NCBI GenBank assembly: GCA_037128175.1
Contig: JBAXWY010000001.1
Span: 64,001 to 128,000 of the forward strand
DNA from: Methanothrix sp.
Lineage (GTDB): Archaea > Halobacteriota > Methanosarcinia > Methanotrichales > Methanotrichaceae
Direction: 5' to 3'
Length of the DNA: 64,000 nt
The notes under the pieces were generated by a model. That model worked only from the letters and a program-made list of their open reading frames with translations, was not told the DNA's origin and ran no database searches. This document shows positions 38,567-48,510 of the stretch, in pieces (the first letter of the stretch is position 1; each line of letters opens with the position of its first letter). The position numbers and the translations under genes are program-made.

Positions 38567-39391
38567 ATGAGAAAGCCTATTTGCGTTCTGTTTATTGCTC
38601 TGCTCATAGGGACTGTTGGCCCCGTTACGGTTACTGCGAAGGAGACCGTCCTTATCTCAGGATCAACTACAGTTTTGCCATTGGCTGAGGCTGGCGCAGA
38701 GGCCTTCAATGGGGGGCAGTCGAACTACACCGTCCTTGTTACTGGAGGTGGCACTTATGCAGGAATCGAGAACATCGCGAAGGGCAAATCCGATATAGCG
38801 ATGGCCTCCAGCAAGGTTGCTGAATTGGATATTATCAGCTCAGGCTATAAATTCAAGGAAAGACTGATCGGCCATGACGGCATAGTTATTGTCGTTGGCA
38901 AGCAGATCTATGATGCAGGCGTGACCTCTCTGACCAAAGATCAGGTCAAGAGAATCTACTCGGGAGAGATCAACAACTGGAAAGATCTGGGCGGCCCGGA
39001 TTCGGAAATGCTGGTCGTTACCAGAGAGAACGGGTCTGGTACCCGGGATGTCTTCAATGAATATGTCCTGGGCAGAAAAAAGGCGGAGATGCCAAGTACA
39101 TGTATTGTGGCAGACAGCAATGAAGAAATGAAACGGCTCATAAATGAAAACAAGACCGCAATAGGATATCTTGGATTTAGCTATTCAGAGGATGGGGCCG
39201 TGGGCGTGATCACCCTGGACGGTGTCAAGCCGACGGCTGAGGCCATAAAGAATGCTAGCTATGAGCTTGCTCGCGAGCTGTACTTCTATACCTATGGCGA
39301 TGTAAAACCGGGAGCCCAGGCCTTTATAGATTTCATGGTAGGGCCCAAGGGTCAGAAAATTGCCAGAGAATATGGGTTCGTACCACTTTAA
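38567..39391 (+). CDS. pstS: PstS paralog, copy 3 (divergent binding motifs)
   Basis: GSTT and SGTR retained; GGGTYAG and MASS substitutions. Confidence 0.88.
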   Translation: MRKPICVLFIALLIGTVGPVTVTAKETVLISGSTTVLPLAEAGAEAFNGGQSNYTVLVTGGGTYAGIENIAKGKSDIAMASSKVAELDIISSGYKFKERLIGHDGIVIVVGKQIYDAGVTSLTKDQVKRIYSGEINNWKDLGGPDSEMLVVTRENGSGTRDVFNEYVLGRKKAEMPSTCIVADSNEEMKRLINENKTAIGYLGFSYSEDGAVGVITLDGVKPTAEAIKNASYELARELYFYTYGDVKPGAQAFIDFMVGPKGQKIAREYGFVPL

Positions 39392-39413
39392 ACACTATGA
39401 ATCGTTGTCTGCA

Positions 39414-40109
39414 TTACCCCTCGTACTGATATTCATCCAGTGCGTCCGTTGTTATGGTCATCAGGAAGTAGGCCAGGCAATCACTCTGAAAGACGTTCTC
39501 ATCTGAGGGGAAGCTGACCCCAGTGATGCTACAGATGAGCTCTGCTTCCTCCGTTTTTCCCATCATGCGGCGCAGCCACACAAAGAGCAATATCTGCAAG
39601 GCTTGCAGCCTCTCGGCCTGCCTGGTGAGGCTCTCTATGTCCTTTTGAACCTCTGGATCGCCTCTCTTTTCCCGCATCATTTTTACGAATTTTGCCGTCC
39701 CCAGGCAGTCAGAGTAGAAGCATATTAATCCCTCACCATTTGTATCGAGATTGAGCATGGGAAATGTCCGGCAGATGCGGGGCCTATGGCTGTAGATCAT
39801 GCACCTTTTTGCCAAAACATCAAAAAGGCAGCAGCTTCTATCCGGCCCGATGCACTTTAGGGTCCTGCATCCAGGATTTTTTTCCGGGTCAGGATCCGTA
39901 AACCTGGTCCTCGCCTCGGATGGGCTGATGGCAAGCGTTCTTGCAATTTCTTGCAGGTCCGCCTCATCAACCAGCGCGTAGCCTTCCTCTCGGCAGCATT
40001 CCCCGCAATTCTCGCAACGGAAAAGGACCTGAGCGGCAATCTGTGGGAAGAGGGACTCAGGAATTTCAGTGGAAAACCACTGCAGAAATGATTCTTTCTC
40101 CATCATCAT
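39414..40109 (-). CDS. YkgJ/CxxCxxCC-family cysteine cluster protein
   Basis: FRCENCGECC ... CMIYSHRPRICRTFP. Confidence 0.85.
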   Translation of the reverse strand: MMMEKESFLQWFSTEIPESLFPQIAAQVLFRCENCGECCREEGYALVDEADLQEIARTLAISPSEARTRFTDPDPEKNPGCRTLKCIGPDRSCCLFDVLAKRCMIYSHRPRICRTFPMLNLDTNGEGLICFYSDCLGTAKFVKMMREKRGDPEVQKDIESLTRQAERLQALQILLFVWLRRMMGKTEEAELICSITGVSFPSDENVFQSDCLAYFLMTITTDALDEYQYEG

Positions 40110-40753
40110 GCTCCTGCCATCGCCCGGTATAAGTTCCAGACCCCGGTAGCCACAAAGCTTACGGCCACTCCTCCTAAAATCAGCCCCATTATCCTGGTCA
40201 TGACCATTATCTCTGTAATTCCCAGGGCCTTATCTATGTACTGCGAGAATTTGAGGATGAAGAATGTGGCCAGGAATGTCAGACTGATGGCCAGCAGTAC
40301 CAGGCCCTTTTTCGTCAGGCTGTCTGCCGCGCCCATCAAAACCACCACGGTGGTTATGGCCCCGGGACCTGTAAGCAGCGGTATGGCCAGGGGAAATATG
40401 GAGACGTCCTCTCGCTGATTCGCATCCAGAAGCTCCGCCTCAGTGACCTTGTTTTGCCGGCGTATGCCCTGCAGCATGTCTATGGCCACCAGGAAAAGCA
40501 GGATGCCACCGGCCACGCGCAAGCTGTCTACGGTGATGCCGAAGATGCGCAAAACTGCGTCCCCGGCCAGGGAAAAGAGAATGGCAATGGCGAAGGCAAC
40601 CAGAGTGGTGCGCCTGTAGATGTGCCTCCTCTCTTTTGAGTTCAGAGTGGTAGTGAGGGTGACATAGACCAGTGTGGCCTCGATGGGGTTGACTATGATG
40701 AATATCGTGGTGAAGGCATACACAAAGTAGAGCAGCAATTCGCTTATTTCCAT
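40106..40753 (-). CDS. MarC family membrane protein
   Basis: IVNP, RVAGGILLF, FPLAIPLLTGPGAI, TRIMGLIL. Confidence 0.93.
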   Translation of the reverse strand: MEISELLLYFVYAFTTIFIIVNPIEATLVYVTLTTTLNSKERRHIYRRTTLVAFAIAILFSLAGDAVLRIFGITVDSLRVAGGILLFLVAIDMLQGIRRQNKVTEAELLDANQREDVSIFPLAIPLLTGPGAITTVVVLMGAADSLTKKGLVLLAISLTFLATFFILKFSQYIDKALGITEIMVMTRIMGLILGGVAVSFVATGVWNLYRAMAGA

Positions 40754-40883
40754 AACATTTCCTTTTTGGCTGAGCGTTCTAATGATGATCAATTGCTTAG
40801 CTGGATTTAGGTCATTCCTCTTTAATAAACTCCCTGATGGAAGGAATGGCATTTTATACCGCCGAGTAAGTTATAAGGTTTGT

Positions 40884-42770
40884 ATGAAGTGCACGTCAGA
40901 AAAGCCGCATAGATTCCTCGTCGTAATGTTTGCGTTCATCCTGTTGGCCAATTGCGCGAATGCTGTCGTCTTTGTCAAGCCGGGTGAGCGAATCCAGGCG
41001 GCCATAGATGCCGTCCCCATGGGAGGGACGATTGAGGTTTCCAGCGGCACCTACCTGGAGAGTCTGGTCATCGACCGATCGCTTATCCTCAAAGGCATAA
41101 GCTCCGGTGGGACCCTGCCTCGCGTGGAATCGGAAAACGGCCCGGCCATAACCATCAAGGCAAACGGAGTTATTTTGGAAGGGGTATGGGCTAAGAGCGC
41201 GAGCGGCTGGACAGGAGATGCCGGCATATTGGTGCTCTCCAATGACAATATCATCCGAAACAGTATGGCCAGCGGCAGCGGTAATGCCGGTATTCTCCTT
41301 AAGAAGTGCAGCAACAACACCGTCTTTGGCAATGTTGTTCAGGGAAACGGCAACGAGGGGCTTTTGCTGGAGAACGCCAGTTTCAATCGGCTGGAAAAAA
41401 ATGAGGTAAACGATAACCGCTACGGATGCAAGCTGGTTGGCGGCCTGGAAAACGTGATTTTGGGAAATACGTTCTTGCAGAACAGATTTGATGCCATCAA
41501 TTTAGAGGAAAGCAACGCCAATCTCATAGATGGAAATTATGCAGCAGGAAGCGAAAGTGCACTGGTTTTGGATAGCAGCCGCGACAACATCGTGCAGAGG
41601 AACGATTTTGTAGGAAACGAAAAAGGCATCTATCTATCATATCTTGGCACGGGCAAAGATGTGCAGTCCAAGGGAAAGGGCGTGGTCATATCCTACAACA
41701 GCATGCCCTCTTCGGAGAGCGTCTCCACCAATAATTCCATTTATCTGAACAATCTCTCCAACCAGAAAAATGCCCGTGATGATAGCCTCAATAACTGGGA
41801 TAATGGTATTGTGGGCAATAACTACAGCGATTTCAATGATCCTGCCGAAGGCTGCAAGGGCATCAAGATTTGCGACATGGAGAAATCCATTGATGGTGGC
41901 CCCAGCATGGACCGCTACCCAAAGGCTACTCCCGTCCCTGTTCTCGGTCGATCCACTGGCCCAGGAGGAGCGGCTATGCAGCTTTCCGGCAAGAGCTATC
42001 TTCCTGGCGGCAGGATGGATTTGAACTTCACAGCACCCGTGGGAGCGGAGGTTTGGGTGGGGCGGGCCGCGGCCTCGGGCCAGAATGGGCAAGAAGATCT
42101 CTATTTAGGGCAGAATAAATCGGGAGATGCCTGGCTCACCGCCCCAGAAGAGGAGGGCTCCTATCTGCTGGCCATGCGCGATCGGAACGGCACAAAGGTT
42201 CTGTCCCTGCCCTTCAATGTGACTGTGCCGGAGCTTTCTGCAAGCCCGGCGACGGTGTACACTTGCGAGAAGATCATCGTCGCCTTCCGGGGGGCTTTGG
42301 GCAGGAAGGATGACTGGATCGGCATGTACCGGGATGGTTCTTCGAATGCTGCCGTGCGGCAGACGCTAGGTAGCCGAGATAGGGGAAACGCCACATTCTC
42401 CGCCCCTGATGCGGGCAGCTACCTATTCAAGATGTTTGCAGGTGGGGCAAATCTTCCTCTGGCCTCAAGCAATACCGTTGAGGTGAAGCCGAATGCCGGC
42501 CATAAGGTGATTGCAGAGCCATCCAAGGTAGCTCCGGGTGGTTTGGTTACCATCACCTTCTGGGGCGCGGCCCCGGCCAGCGTGATCGGCATGTATGGCA
42601 TGACCCGGCCGGACAGGTTCGACTTGGGAAAAATATCTACAGGAGGGCGCAGTTGTGGCAGCATGGTCAGGCGGCTTCCTGCGGCACCCGGCCAGTACGA
42701 CTTCCGCATGTTCCAGGATGATATCAACCGGCCGCTCCTGGCCCAGAGCAATGTGGTGACGGTGTCATAA
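40884..42770 (+). CDS. Secreted NosD/beta-helix protein with C-terminal Ig-like repeats
   Basis: IQAAID...GTY, Asn-rich repeats, GNNYSDF, repeated (DW)IGMY...PG.Y.FRM domains. Confidence 0.8.
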   Translation: MKCTSEKPHRFLVVMFAFILLANCANAVVFVKPGERIQAAIDAVPMGGTIEVSSGTYLESLVIDRSLILKGISSGGTLPRVESENGPAITIKANGVILEGVWAKSASGWTGDAGILVLSNDNIIRNSMASGSGNAGILLKKCSNNTVFGNVVQGNGNEGLLLENASFNRLEKNEVNDNRYGCKLVGGLENVILGNTFLQNRFDAINLEESNANLIDGNYAAGSESALVLDSSRDNIVQRNDFVGNEKGIYLSYLGTGKDVQSKGKGVVISYNSMPSSESVSTNNSIYLNNLSNQKNARDDSLNNWDNGIVGNNYSDFNDPAEGCKGIKICDMEKSIDGGPSMDRYPKATPVPVLGRSTGPGGAAMQLSGKSYLPGGRMDLNFTAPVGAEVWVGRAAASGQNGQEDLYLGQNKSGDAWLTAPEEEGSYLLAMRDRNGTKVLSLPFNVTVPELSASPATVYTCEKIIVAFRGALGRKDDWIGMYRDGSSNAAVRQTLGSRDRGNATFSAPDAGSYLFKMFAGGANLPLASSNTVEVKPNAGHKVIAEPSKVAPGGLVTITFWGAAPASVIGMYGMTRPDRFDLGKISTGGRSCGSMVRRLPAAPGQYDFRMFQDDINRPLLAQSNVVTVS

Positions 42771-42851
42771 GGTCCAACCATACGAAATAGTGAAGAACCT
42801 TTTTTTGCCGCAAGGACTATGGCTTTAAGGCAAGAGCGCGAATGAGTGGCC

Positions 42852-43823
42852 ATGGATCTTGAGACCAAGGCCCAACTCCTTTCCGTGGGAACCGTGCAGT
42901 TGGCAAAGCCCCACGCGGGCGGGCGGGCCTCCACGGCGGGGCCGGGTGCGGGCGGCCAGTCTGTCTTTTTCCAGTCCGGGCCGCACCTGGTTCGCCTCTC
43001 TGTGGCAGAAAGCTCGCCCCTGCGTCTGGAGAGCCGCGAGGCGGGCGTGGCCATTATGATGGACGGCAGGGAGATCGCACGGGGCCAGCTGGCGGAGCCG
43101 CTCCTGCACTGCCCGGAGCAGGCCTACATTACCGTCTCGGAGCGCTGCATCTATGACTGCAAGTTTTGCGCCGTTCCAAAATTGGCAGGCGGCATAAAGT
43201 CCAATCAGACGGTCTTGCAGATGGTAGAGGAAGCGGCCCGGACGGGCAGCCTGCGGGCTATATCCCTGACCAGCGGCGTGGAGGTCTCGCCGCCGCATGA
43301 GGCGGAGCGGGTGGCCGGGATCGTCCGGGATCTAAAGCGCTTTGGCGTCCCAGTGGGAGTTTCTATCAGTCCCTTTCCCGGCGTAAATCAAATTCTCAAA
43401 GACGCCGGCGCGGATGAGGTCAAGTACAACCTGGAGTGCGTGGACCCTGATCTGTTTTTGCAGGTCTGTCCGGGCATCTCCCGACCGGAGATCATGGATG
43501 CCCTGCAAGAGGCGGTGGCCATTTTTGGCAAGAACCGGGTCTTTACTAATATTATCGTGGGCCTGGGCGAGTCCGATGAAACATTGCGCCGCAGCATCGA
43601 TGAGCTGACCGAGATGGGCGTCATCCCGGTCTTGCGGGCCGTCTTTCCTCACCCACTGCGGATCGGGGAGACGTGGATGGAGCGACCTTCGGCGAAGCGG
43701 CTGCTGGAACTGGCGCACTATCTGATGGCGGCGCTGGAGAAGAATGGACTGGACGGGGCTGCTGCCCTCACCGGCTGCTACCGCTGCACGGGCTGCGATC
43801 TGACGCCGGGCCGGGACCTTTAG
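42852..43823 (+). CDS. Radical SAM protein
   Basis: CIYDCKFC motif; C-terminal GCYRCTGCD. Confidence 0.9.
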   Translation: MDLETKAQLLSVGTVQLAKPHAGGRASTAGPGAGGQSVFFQSGPHLVRLSVAESSPLRLESREAGVAIMMDGREIARGQLAEPLLHCPEQAYITVSERCIYDCKFCAVPKLAGGIKSNQTVLQMVEEAARTGSLRAISLTSGVEVSPPHEAERVAGIVRDLKRFGVPVGVSISPFPGVNQILKDAGADEVKYNLECVDPDLFLQVCPGISRPEIMDALQEAVAIFGKNRVFTNIIVGLGESDETLRRSIDELTEMGVIPVLRAVFPHPLRIGETWMERPSAKRLLELAHYLMAALEKNGLDGAAALTGCYRCTGCDLTPGRDL

Positions 43824-44158
43824 ATTTAGGGCGCTCAGAACTCAATATCCTCATCATGGCATTCTTCGCCGCGTTCTTCTGGTGGCGGCAGGGCATACTG
43901 CCGGTGCGGGAAGGCGAGCCGGCAGAGGAGGCGAACCGCTTCAGCTTGCTGGAAGCTGCGGCTTTTAGCGCCATGACCTTCCTCTCCGGAGGCAAGCTGG
44001 TCTTCGATCCGCCCGAATACAGAATTGCCCCCGGAAGACCATGGCGCGATGTGCAGATCTCCAAAGCCCTCTTTATCCTGGAGAGGCTTTTGGGCATGGT
44101 GCTGATCATCATGTTCGCCATTGCGGTCGGCAAGACGATAATTCTGGGCGGAGGATAA
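43823..44158 (+). pseudogene. Orphan C-terminal membrane fragment, probably from a pentapeptide-repeat membrane protein
   Basis: No convincing start; FSAMTFLSG...LERLLGMVLII re-entrant/TM pattern. Confidence 0.5.
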
Positions 44159-44222
44159 GGAAAATGCTGCAAATATGATTTAATCCCGTAAATCCCCTGG
44201 GTATAATTATTCAGCCACGAAT

Positions 44223-44364
44223 ATTAACCGCAGAGACGCAGAGTTCAGAGAGACGTGAAATTTGGCTTATTACCAGCACTTGAAAATAATAGCATACTTG
44301 CTTCTGAGCAATAGTCGTCTCCGTTCGTTCGTCCTCTGTGCGCTCTGCGCCTCTGCGGTTTAAT
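44223..44364. repeat. REP-like inverted repeat (CGCAGAGN units)
   Basis: AACCGCAGAGACGCAGAG ... CTCTGCGCCTCTGCGGTT. Confidence 0.75.
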
Positions 44365-44387
44365 TCAGGAAGACAGTTGAGAAGAAG

Positions 44388-44612
44388 TCAAGCTACTGAG
44401 AACCATTCCTCGCGACTGATCCCAGCTTCATCTAAAACAGTGTCCAGCAGAGAGGGATCTATCTCCTCACCATGATGTGGGTTTGGTATGCGTGCGGTTA
44501 CCATACCTCGTTTCATGTAGGCGTGTTTCCCACCAGGATACGGGCCATCAAATCCCAGTTTTCTTAATCGCCTAATTAGTTCTCGTCGCGATACGGGAGT
44601 TAATCTAGACAC
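44388..44612 (-). CDS. hicA: HicA family toxin
   Basis: LRKLGF...GGKHAYM...IPNPH...AGISREEW. Confidence 0.9.
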   Translation of the reverse strand: MSRLTPVSRRELIRRLRKLGFDGPYPGGKHAYMKRGMVTARIPNPHHGEEIDPSLLDTVLDEAGISREEWFSVA

Positions 44613-44856
44613 CTGCGATGGGCTCCGCTGATGCTTCTATGACTTGGTTATCCATCGATGGAATTGGCAACCCCAATCTCAAGCGTAATGCTATCCAACC
44701 TTCAATAACCTCTACAAGCTCGATACGTGCTCCTTCGATAGTCTTGCCTGTAGCCCAAACACCTTGCAGACCAGGAACGGTAGCAACATACTCGCCGTTA
44801 TCCAGGATTTTATAAATGGCTTTGGATAGTGCCGCCATAATGTACTCAGCAAACAT
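44605..44856 (-). CDS. hicB: HicB family antitoxin
   Basis: YVATVPGLQGVWATGKTIEGA...EGWI...IP. Confidence 0.9.
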   Translation of the reverse strand: MFAEYIMAALSKAIYKILDNGEYVATVPGLQGVWATGKTIEGARIELVEVIEGWIALRLRLGLPIPSMDNQVIEASAEPIAGV

Positions 44857-44894
44857 GTCAAGACCCTATATGCCTTGAAGGGATTTAACATTAT

Positions 44895-45200
44895 TCACCG
44901 CAGGCGGCGCAGCTTCCAGCCTCTTCTACTCGGCCACATCCGGTCAGGGCATGATGCAGGCCAACCAGGAGAACAAGACAATTGGCTCCTCAAGGCATCC
45001 ATGAACCTGGAACCGGCCTAGCCAATCCCGAGGTAAATGAGGCTCTGAAAGGGACCGGACAGGGTCTGGAGACAAAAGCTGAAGACGCCAAGAACGAATC
45101 TGCCGCCGGCCCCACCCCAGCTCAGCCGGGATTTGAAGCTGCACTGGCATTGCTGGGCATCACTGCCGCTTCATTCGGGCTGTTCTGCGGAAAAAACTTG
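44895..45200 (+). pseudogene. Truncated/frameshifted PGF-CTERM surface protein tail
   Basis: ...PTPAQPGFEAALALLGI sorting motif, apparent frameshift near 44980, no 5' part. Confidence 0.6.
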
Positions 45201-45312
45201 CCTCACATAACCCATATCCTTTTAATTTCCAATTTTTATATTATTATAGTTTTCGCCTGCTAGAGGAGACGAAAGAGATTAATGCCGTCCTGACATTCAT
45301 CCCAGCACTTCT

Positions 45313-46956
45313 ATGAAAATCGCCCTCTTGCAGCTCAATCCCACCGTCGGAGATCTCCCGGGCAACATTGCCCTCATCGCAGGCGCCGCCCGCCGCGCCG
45401 CTGGTGCGGACTTGGCCGTCACCTCCGAGCTGGCACTCCTGGGCTACCCGCCCCGCGACCTGCTCCTCAATGCCGATTTTGTAGAGCGCAGTTGGGCCGC
45501 CCTGCGCCGCCTGGCCCAGGAGCTGAGCGATCTGCCGCCTATCCTGGTGGGCCTGGCCGAGCCCAACTCAGGCGAGGCGGGCCGACCCCTTTTCAACTCC
45601 GCGGCCCTGCTCTGCGAAGGCAGGGTGGAGAGGACCTTCAAAAAGACGCTGCTTCCCACCTACGATGTTTTTGACGAGGACCGTTACTTTGAGCCGACGG
45701 CTGAATCGCAGCTCCTGGAGCTCGGGACGACGGTCCTCGGCATCTCCATCTGCGAGGATATCTGGAACGATCGCGACCAATGGCGGCATCGGCGCTACCA
45801 CACAGATCCGGTACAGGAAATGGTGGCGGCAGGTGCGAAGGCCATCATCAACCTCTCCGCTTCGCCCTTCACAACCGGTAAGCAAAAACATCGCGAGGCC
45901 ATGCTCTCTGACCTGGCCAAAAAATACCGCGTTCCATTTTTCTACGTCAACCAGGTGGGCGGCAACGACGACCTGGTCTTCGATGGCCGAAGCTGTGCCT
46001 TCGATGGGGAGGGCCAGCTGGCGGCCCGGGCGCGGGGCTTCGAGGAGGATCTGATAATAGCGGATATGGCGAACCAGGCCGACGGGACTGCAGCGATCGC
46101 AGAGGACGATTTCACTCCTGAGTCAGAGATCTGGCGGGCTCTCGTTTTGGGCACGCGCGACTACGTTCGAAAGTGCGGCTTTTCCGAAGTTCTTCTGGGC
46201 CTTTCCGGAGGCATAGACTCAAGCCTCGTCGCTGCCATAGCCGTTTCTGCTCTCGGCCCACAAAACGTCCTGGGAGTGCTCATGCCCTCCCCGTACACCA
46301 GCCCAGAGAGCGTGCAGGACGCTATGGCTCTCGCGCAAAACCTGGGGATAAAGACGCTTACCCTGAACATCACCGATATCATGAACTCCTTTGACAGTGA
46401 GCTGGCAAAGCCATTCCGGGGCCTGCTTAAGGACGTGACTGAGGAGAACATCCAGGCCCGCATTCGCGGCAACCTTCTCATGGCCCTCTCCAACAAGTTT
46501 CGCCTGGTGCTTCTCACTACGGGAAACAAGTCGGAGCTTGCCGTGGGCTACTGCACCATCTACGGCGACATGTCCGGGGGTCTGGCCGTCATCTCCGATG
46601 TTCCCAAGACAGCAGTCTACCGGCTGGCGAAGTGGCTGAACGCCAGAGGTAGTGAGATCATCCCTGATGCGGTTCTGCATAAAGCGCCCACCGCGGAGCT
46701 TCGCTTCGATCAGACCGACCAGGACAGCCTGCCTCCCTACGAGGTGCTGGATGACATTCTGGAAAGATACATCGAGAGGCACCAGTCAAAAGAGGAACTC
46801 TTTGCCCAGGGATTTGAAAAAGCGATGGTGGAAAGAGTGCTCAGTCTAGTGAAGAGTGCCGAATTCAAGAGGCGGCAGGCAGCTCCGGGACTGAAGGTGA
46901 CGGATAGGGCCTTTGGCAGCGGCTGGAGGATGCCGGTGGCCAGCCGGGCCTGGTGA
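45313..46956 (+). CDS. nadE: Glutamine-dependent NAD+ synthetase
   Basis: Nitrilase domain (ICED) plus GLSGGIDS, ENIQARIR, TGNKSE, AEFKRRQ. Confidence 0.96.
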   Translation: MKIALLQLNPTVGDLPGNIALIAGAARRAAGADLAVTSELALLGYPPRDLLLNADFVERSWAALRRLAQELSDLPPILVGLAEPNSGEAGRPLFNSAALLCEGRVERTFKKTLLPTYDVFDEDRYFEPTAESQLLELGTTVLGISICEDIWNDRDQWRHRRYHTDPVQEMVAAGAKAIINLSASPFTTGKQKHREAMLSDLAKKYRVPFFYVNQVGGNDDLVFDGRSCAFDGEGQLAARARGFEEDLIIADMANQADGTAAIAEDDFTPESEIWRALVLGTRDYVRKCGFSEVLLGLSGGIDSSLVAAIAVSALGPQNVLGVLMPSPYTSPESVQDAMALAQNLGIKTLTLNITDIMNSFDSELAKPFRGLLKDVTEENIQARIRGNLLMALSNKFRLVLLTTGNKSELAVGYCTIYGDMSGGLAVISDVPKTAVYRLAKWLNARGSEIIPDAVLHKAPTAELRFDQTDQDSLPPYEVLDDILERYIERHQSKEELFAQGFEKAMVERVLSLVKSAEFKRRQAAPGLKVTDRAFGSGWRMPVASRAW

Positions 46957-47027
46957 AGGGGATGGCGTCGCGGCGAATAATTTTGAGTGTCGTTTAAATA
47001 GATTCAGGCTAAAAGACGATATTTGTA

Positions 47028-48323
47028 ATGAAAGGCGGCGGCAAGTGGAGCGGGATTGTGCACAGGAATACGGCAGTAACATTGGTTTTTGTAGCCGCCC
47101 TTCTCGTTATGTCGGCTCATTCCCAGGAATCCGACTCCTCCGTTGGGCAGAGTCTGATCCTCAATGTCTACCTGGATAACGCCGGCAAAGCATTGGTCAC
47201 CGGCTATGCTGAGGATGTTAGCGGTCTAGCCTTCCTCGCCAACTCACAGTTCCGGTTCGAGAACGATTCTCATCAGCTCTATGCCCTTACTGACGATCTG
47301 ACGGCAAAGAGGGGCGATCTCTGGACTTTGAGCTTTGATGCCAAAGGCAGCTTTGATGATTATCGTGTCACATTCTACCTGCCTAGCGAGACCAGCCTGG
47401 GGGAGATCAACGCCTCGCTAGGTCTGGGATATCTGCTCTCTGCGTCTAATGAGTCCCTGGTGGCAGATGTGCAGGGATATGAGGTTTCTGACCCCCGCAT
47501 TTCCATTTTGTACCAGCAGCCACTGGCAGCTAACGGCAGCAGCCTGCCTCCTCTTCCTGGCTATCCGGGCGAGGGTGCGGCCCTGATCATGCTTCTCATT
47601 GCCGCCGCCCTCCTGGTGGCAGGCTTTGGCTTTGCCGTCTTCTTGCAGAGAAAGAGGCGCAGCTCAATGGCGAGTCCAATTGAGGATGATCTGGCAGTCC
47701 AAGGAGCAATTGCAAATGGGAAGGCAAAAGATATCACGATAGCTCCGCTGCCCGAGAACCCTGATATGGCGGCGGCGCCGGACACGCCGTGCACTGCCAT
47801 AGAGACCTTGCCTTCGTCCGAGGTGGATTCTCGCCTACCCCCAACAGAAGAAGATGATGGTGTATTTCTGCCCGAGGCATCACAAACAGCCCTCGCGAAT
47901 GAGCCTGGCCGCATCGAGCCCTCGCCCCGTCCGGCAGAGGAGCGGGCAAAGCCTACCGAGCCGGTCGGAATCCAGGCACAGGACACTCCAATAATAGAAT
48001 CTACGACAACCCAAGAAACACCGATGGCGAGCCGGCTGCCTCTGGAGCCGTCCGTGAAAAACATTATCGTAGTCAGCTCTGAGATGGATGCGGTCATGCA
48101 GACCCTCACCGCTCGAGAGCGAGCCGTGATGAGCACATTAATTGATCATGGTGGCAGAATGACCCAGGCAGATATCCGGTATGATACAGGAACGCCTAAA
48201 TCGTCCTTAACCGGAATTTTGATTTCGTTAGAGCGCAGAAAACTCGTAAGCAAGAAGGAATGGGGACGAACCAATATAATAGAACTTTCTGATTGGTTTT
48301 TATCAAAAAAGGAACGTTTGTGA
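47028..48323 (+). CDS. Membrane-anchored wHTH transcription regulator
   Basis: Signal peptide, extracellular domain, TM helix + RKRR, Pro/Glu linker, C-terminal LTARE...TQADI...KSSLTGILISLERRKLV...GRTN. Confidence 0.85.
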   Translation: MKGGGKWSGIVHRNTAVTLVFVAALLVMSAHSQESDSSVGQSLILNVYLDNAGKALVTGYAEDVSGLAFLANSQFRFENDSHQLYALTDDLTAKRGDLWTLSFDAKGSFDDYRVTFYLPSETSLGEINASLGLGYLLSASNESLVADVQGYEVSDPRISILYQQPLAANGSSLPPLPGYPGEGAALIMLLIAAALLVAGFGFAVFLQRKRRSSMASPIEDDLAVQGAIANGKAKDITIAPLPENPDMAAAPDTPCTAIETLPSSEVDSRLPPTEEDDGVFLPEASQTALANEPGRIEPSPRPAEERAKPTEPVGIQAQDTPIIESTTTQETPMASRLPLEPSVKNIIVVSSEMDAVMQTLTARERAVMSTLIDHGGRMTQADIRYDTGTPKSSLTGILISLERRKLVSKKEWGRTNIIELSDWFLSKKERL

Positions 48324-48510
48324 ACCTTTTTTATCCGGCATGCAGATGCGACCACCTCATTTTAAACCGTTCGTTCGGCTCTTACCTTTTCTATCGTTCC
48401 GGAGAATGTTGTCTTGTCGAACTAGGAAGCTTATGTCAGCTCCAGTTTGACGAACGGGTAAGATGAGTGGGACGATTGTGGATTATAACGAATTAGAGGT
48501 TTGATTACAG

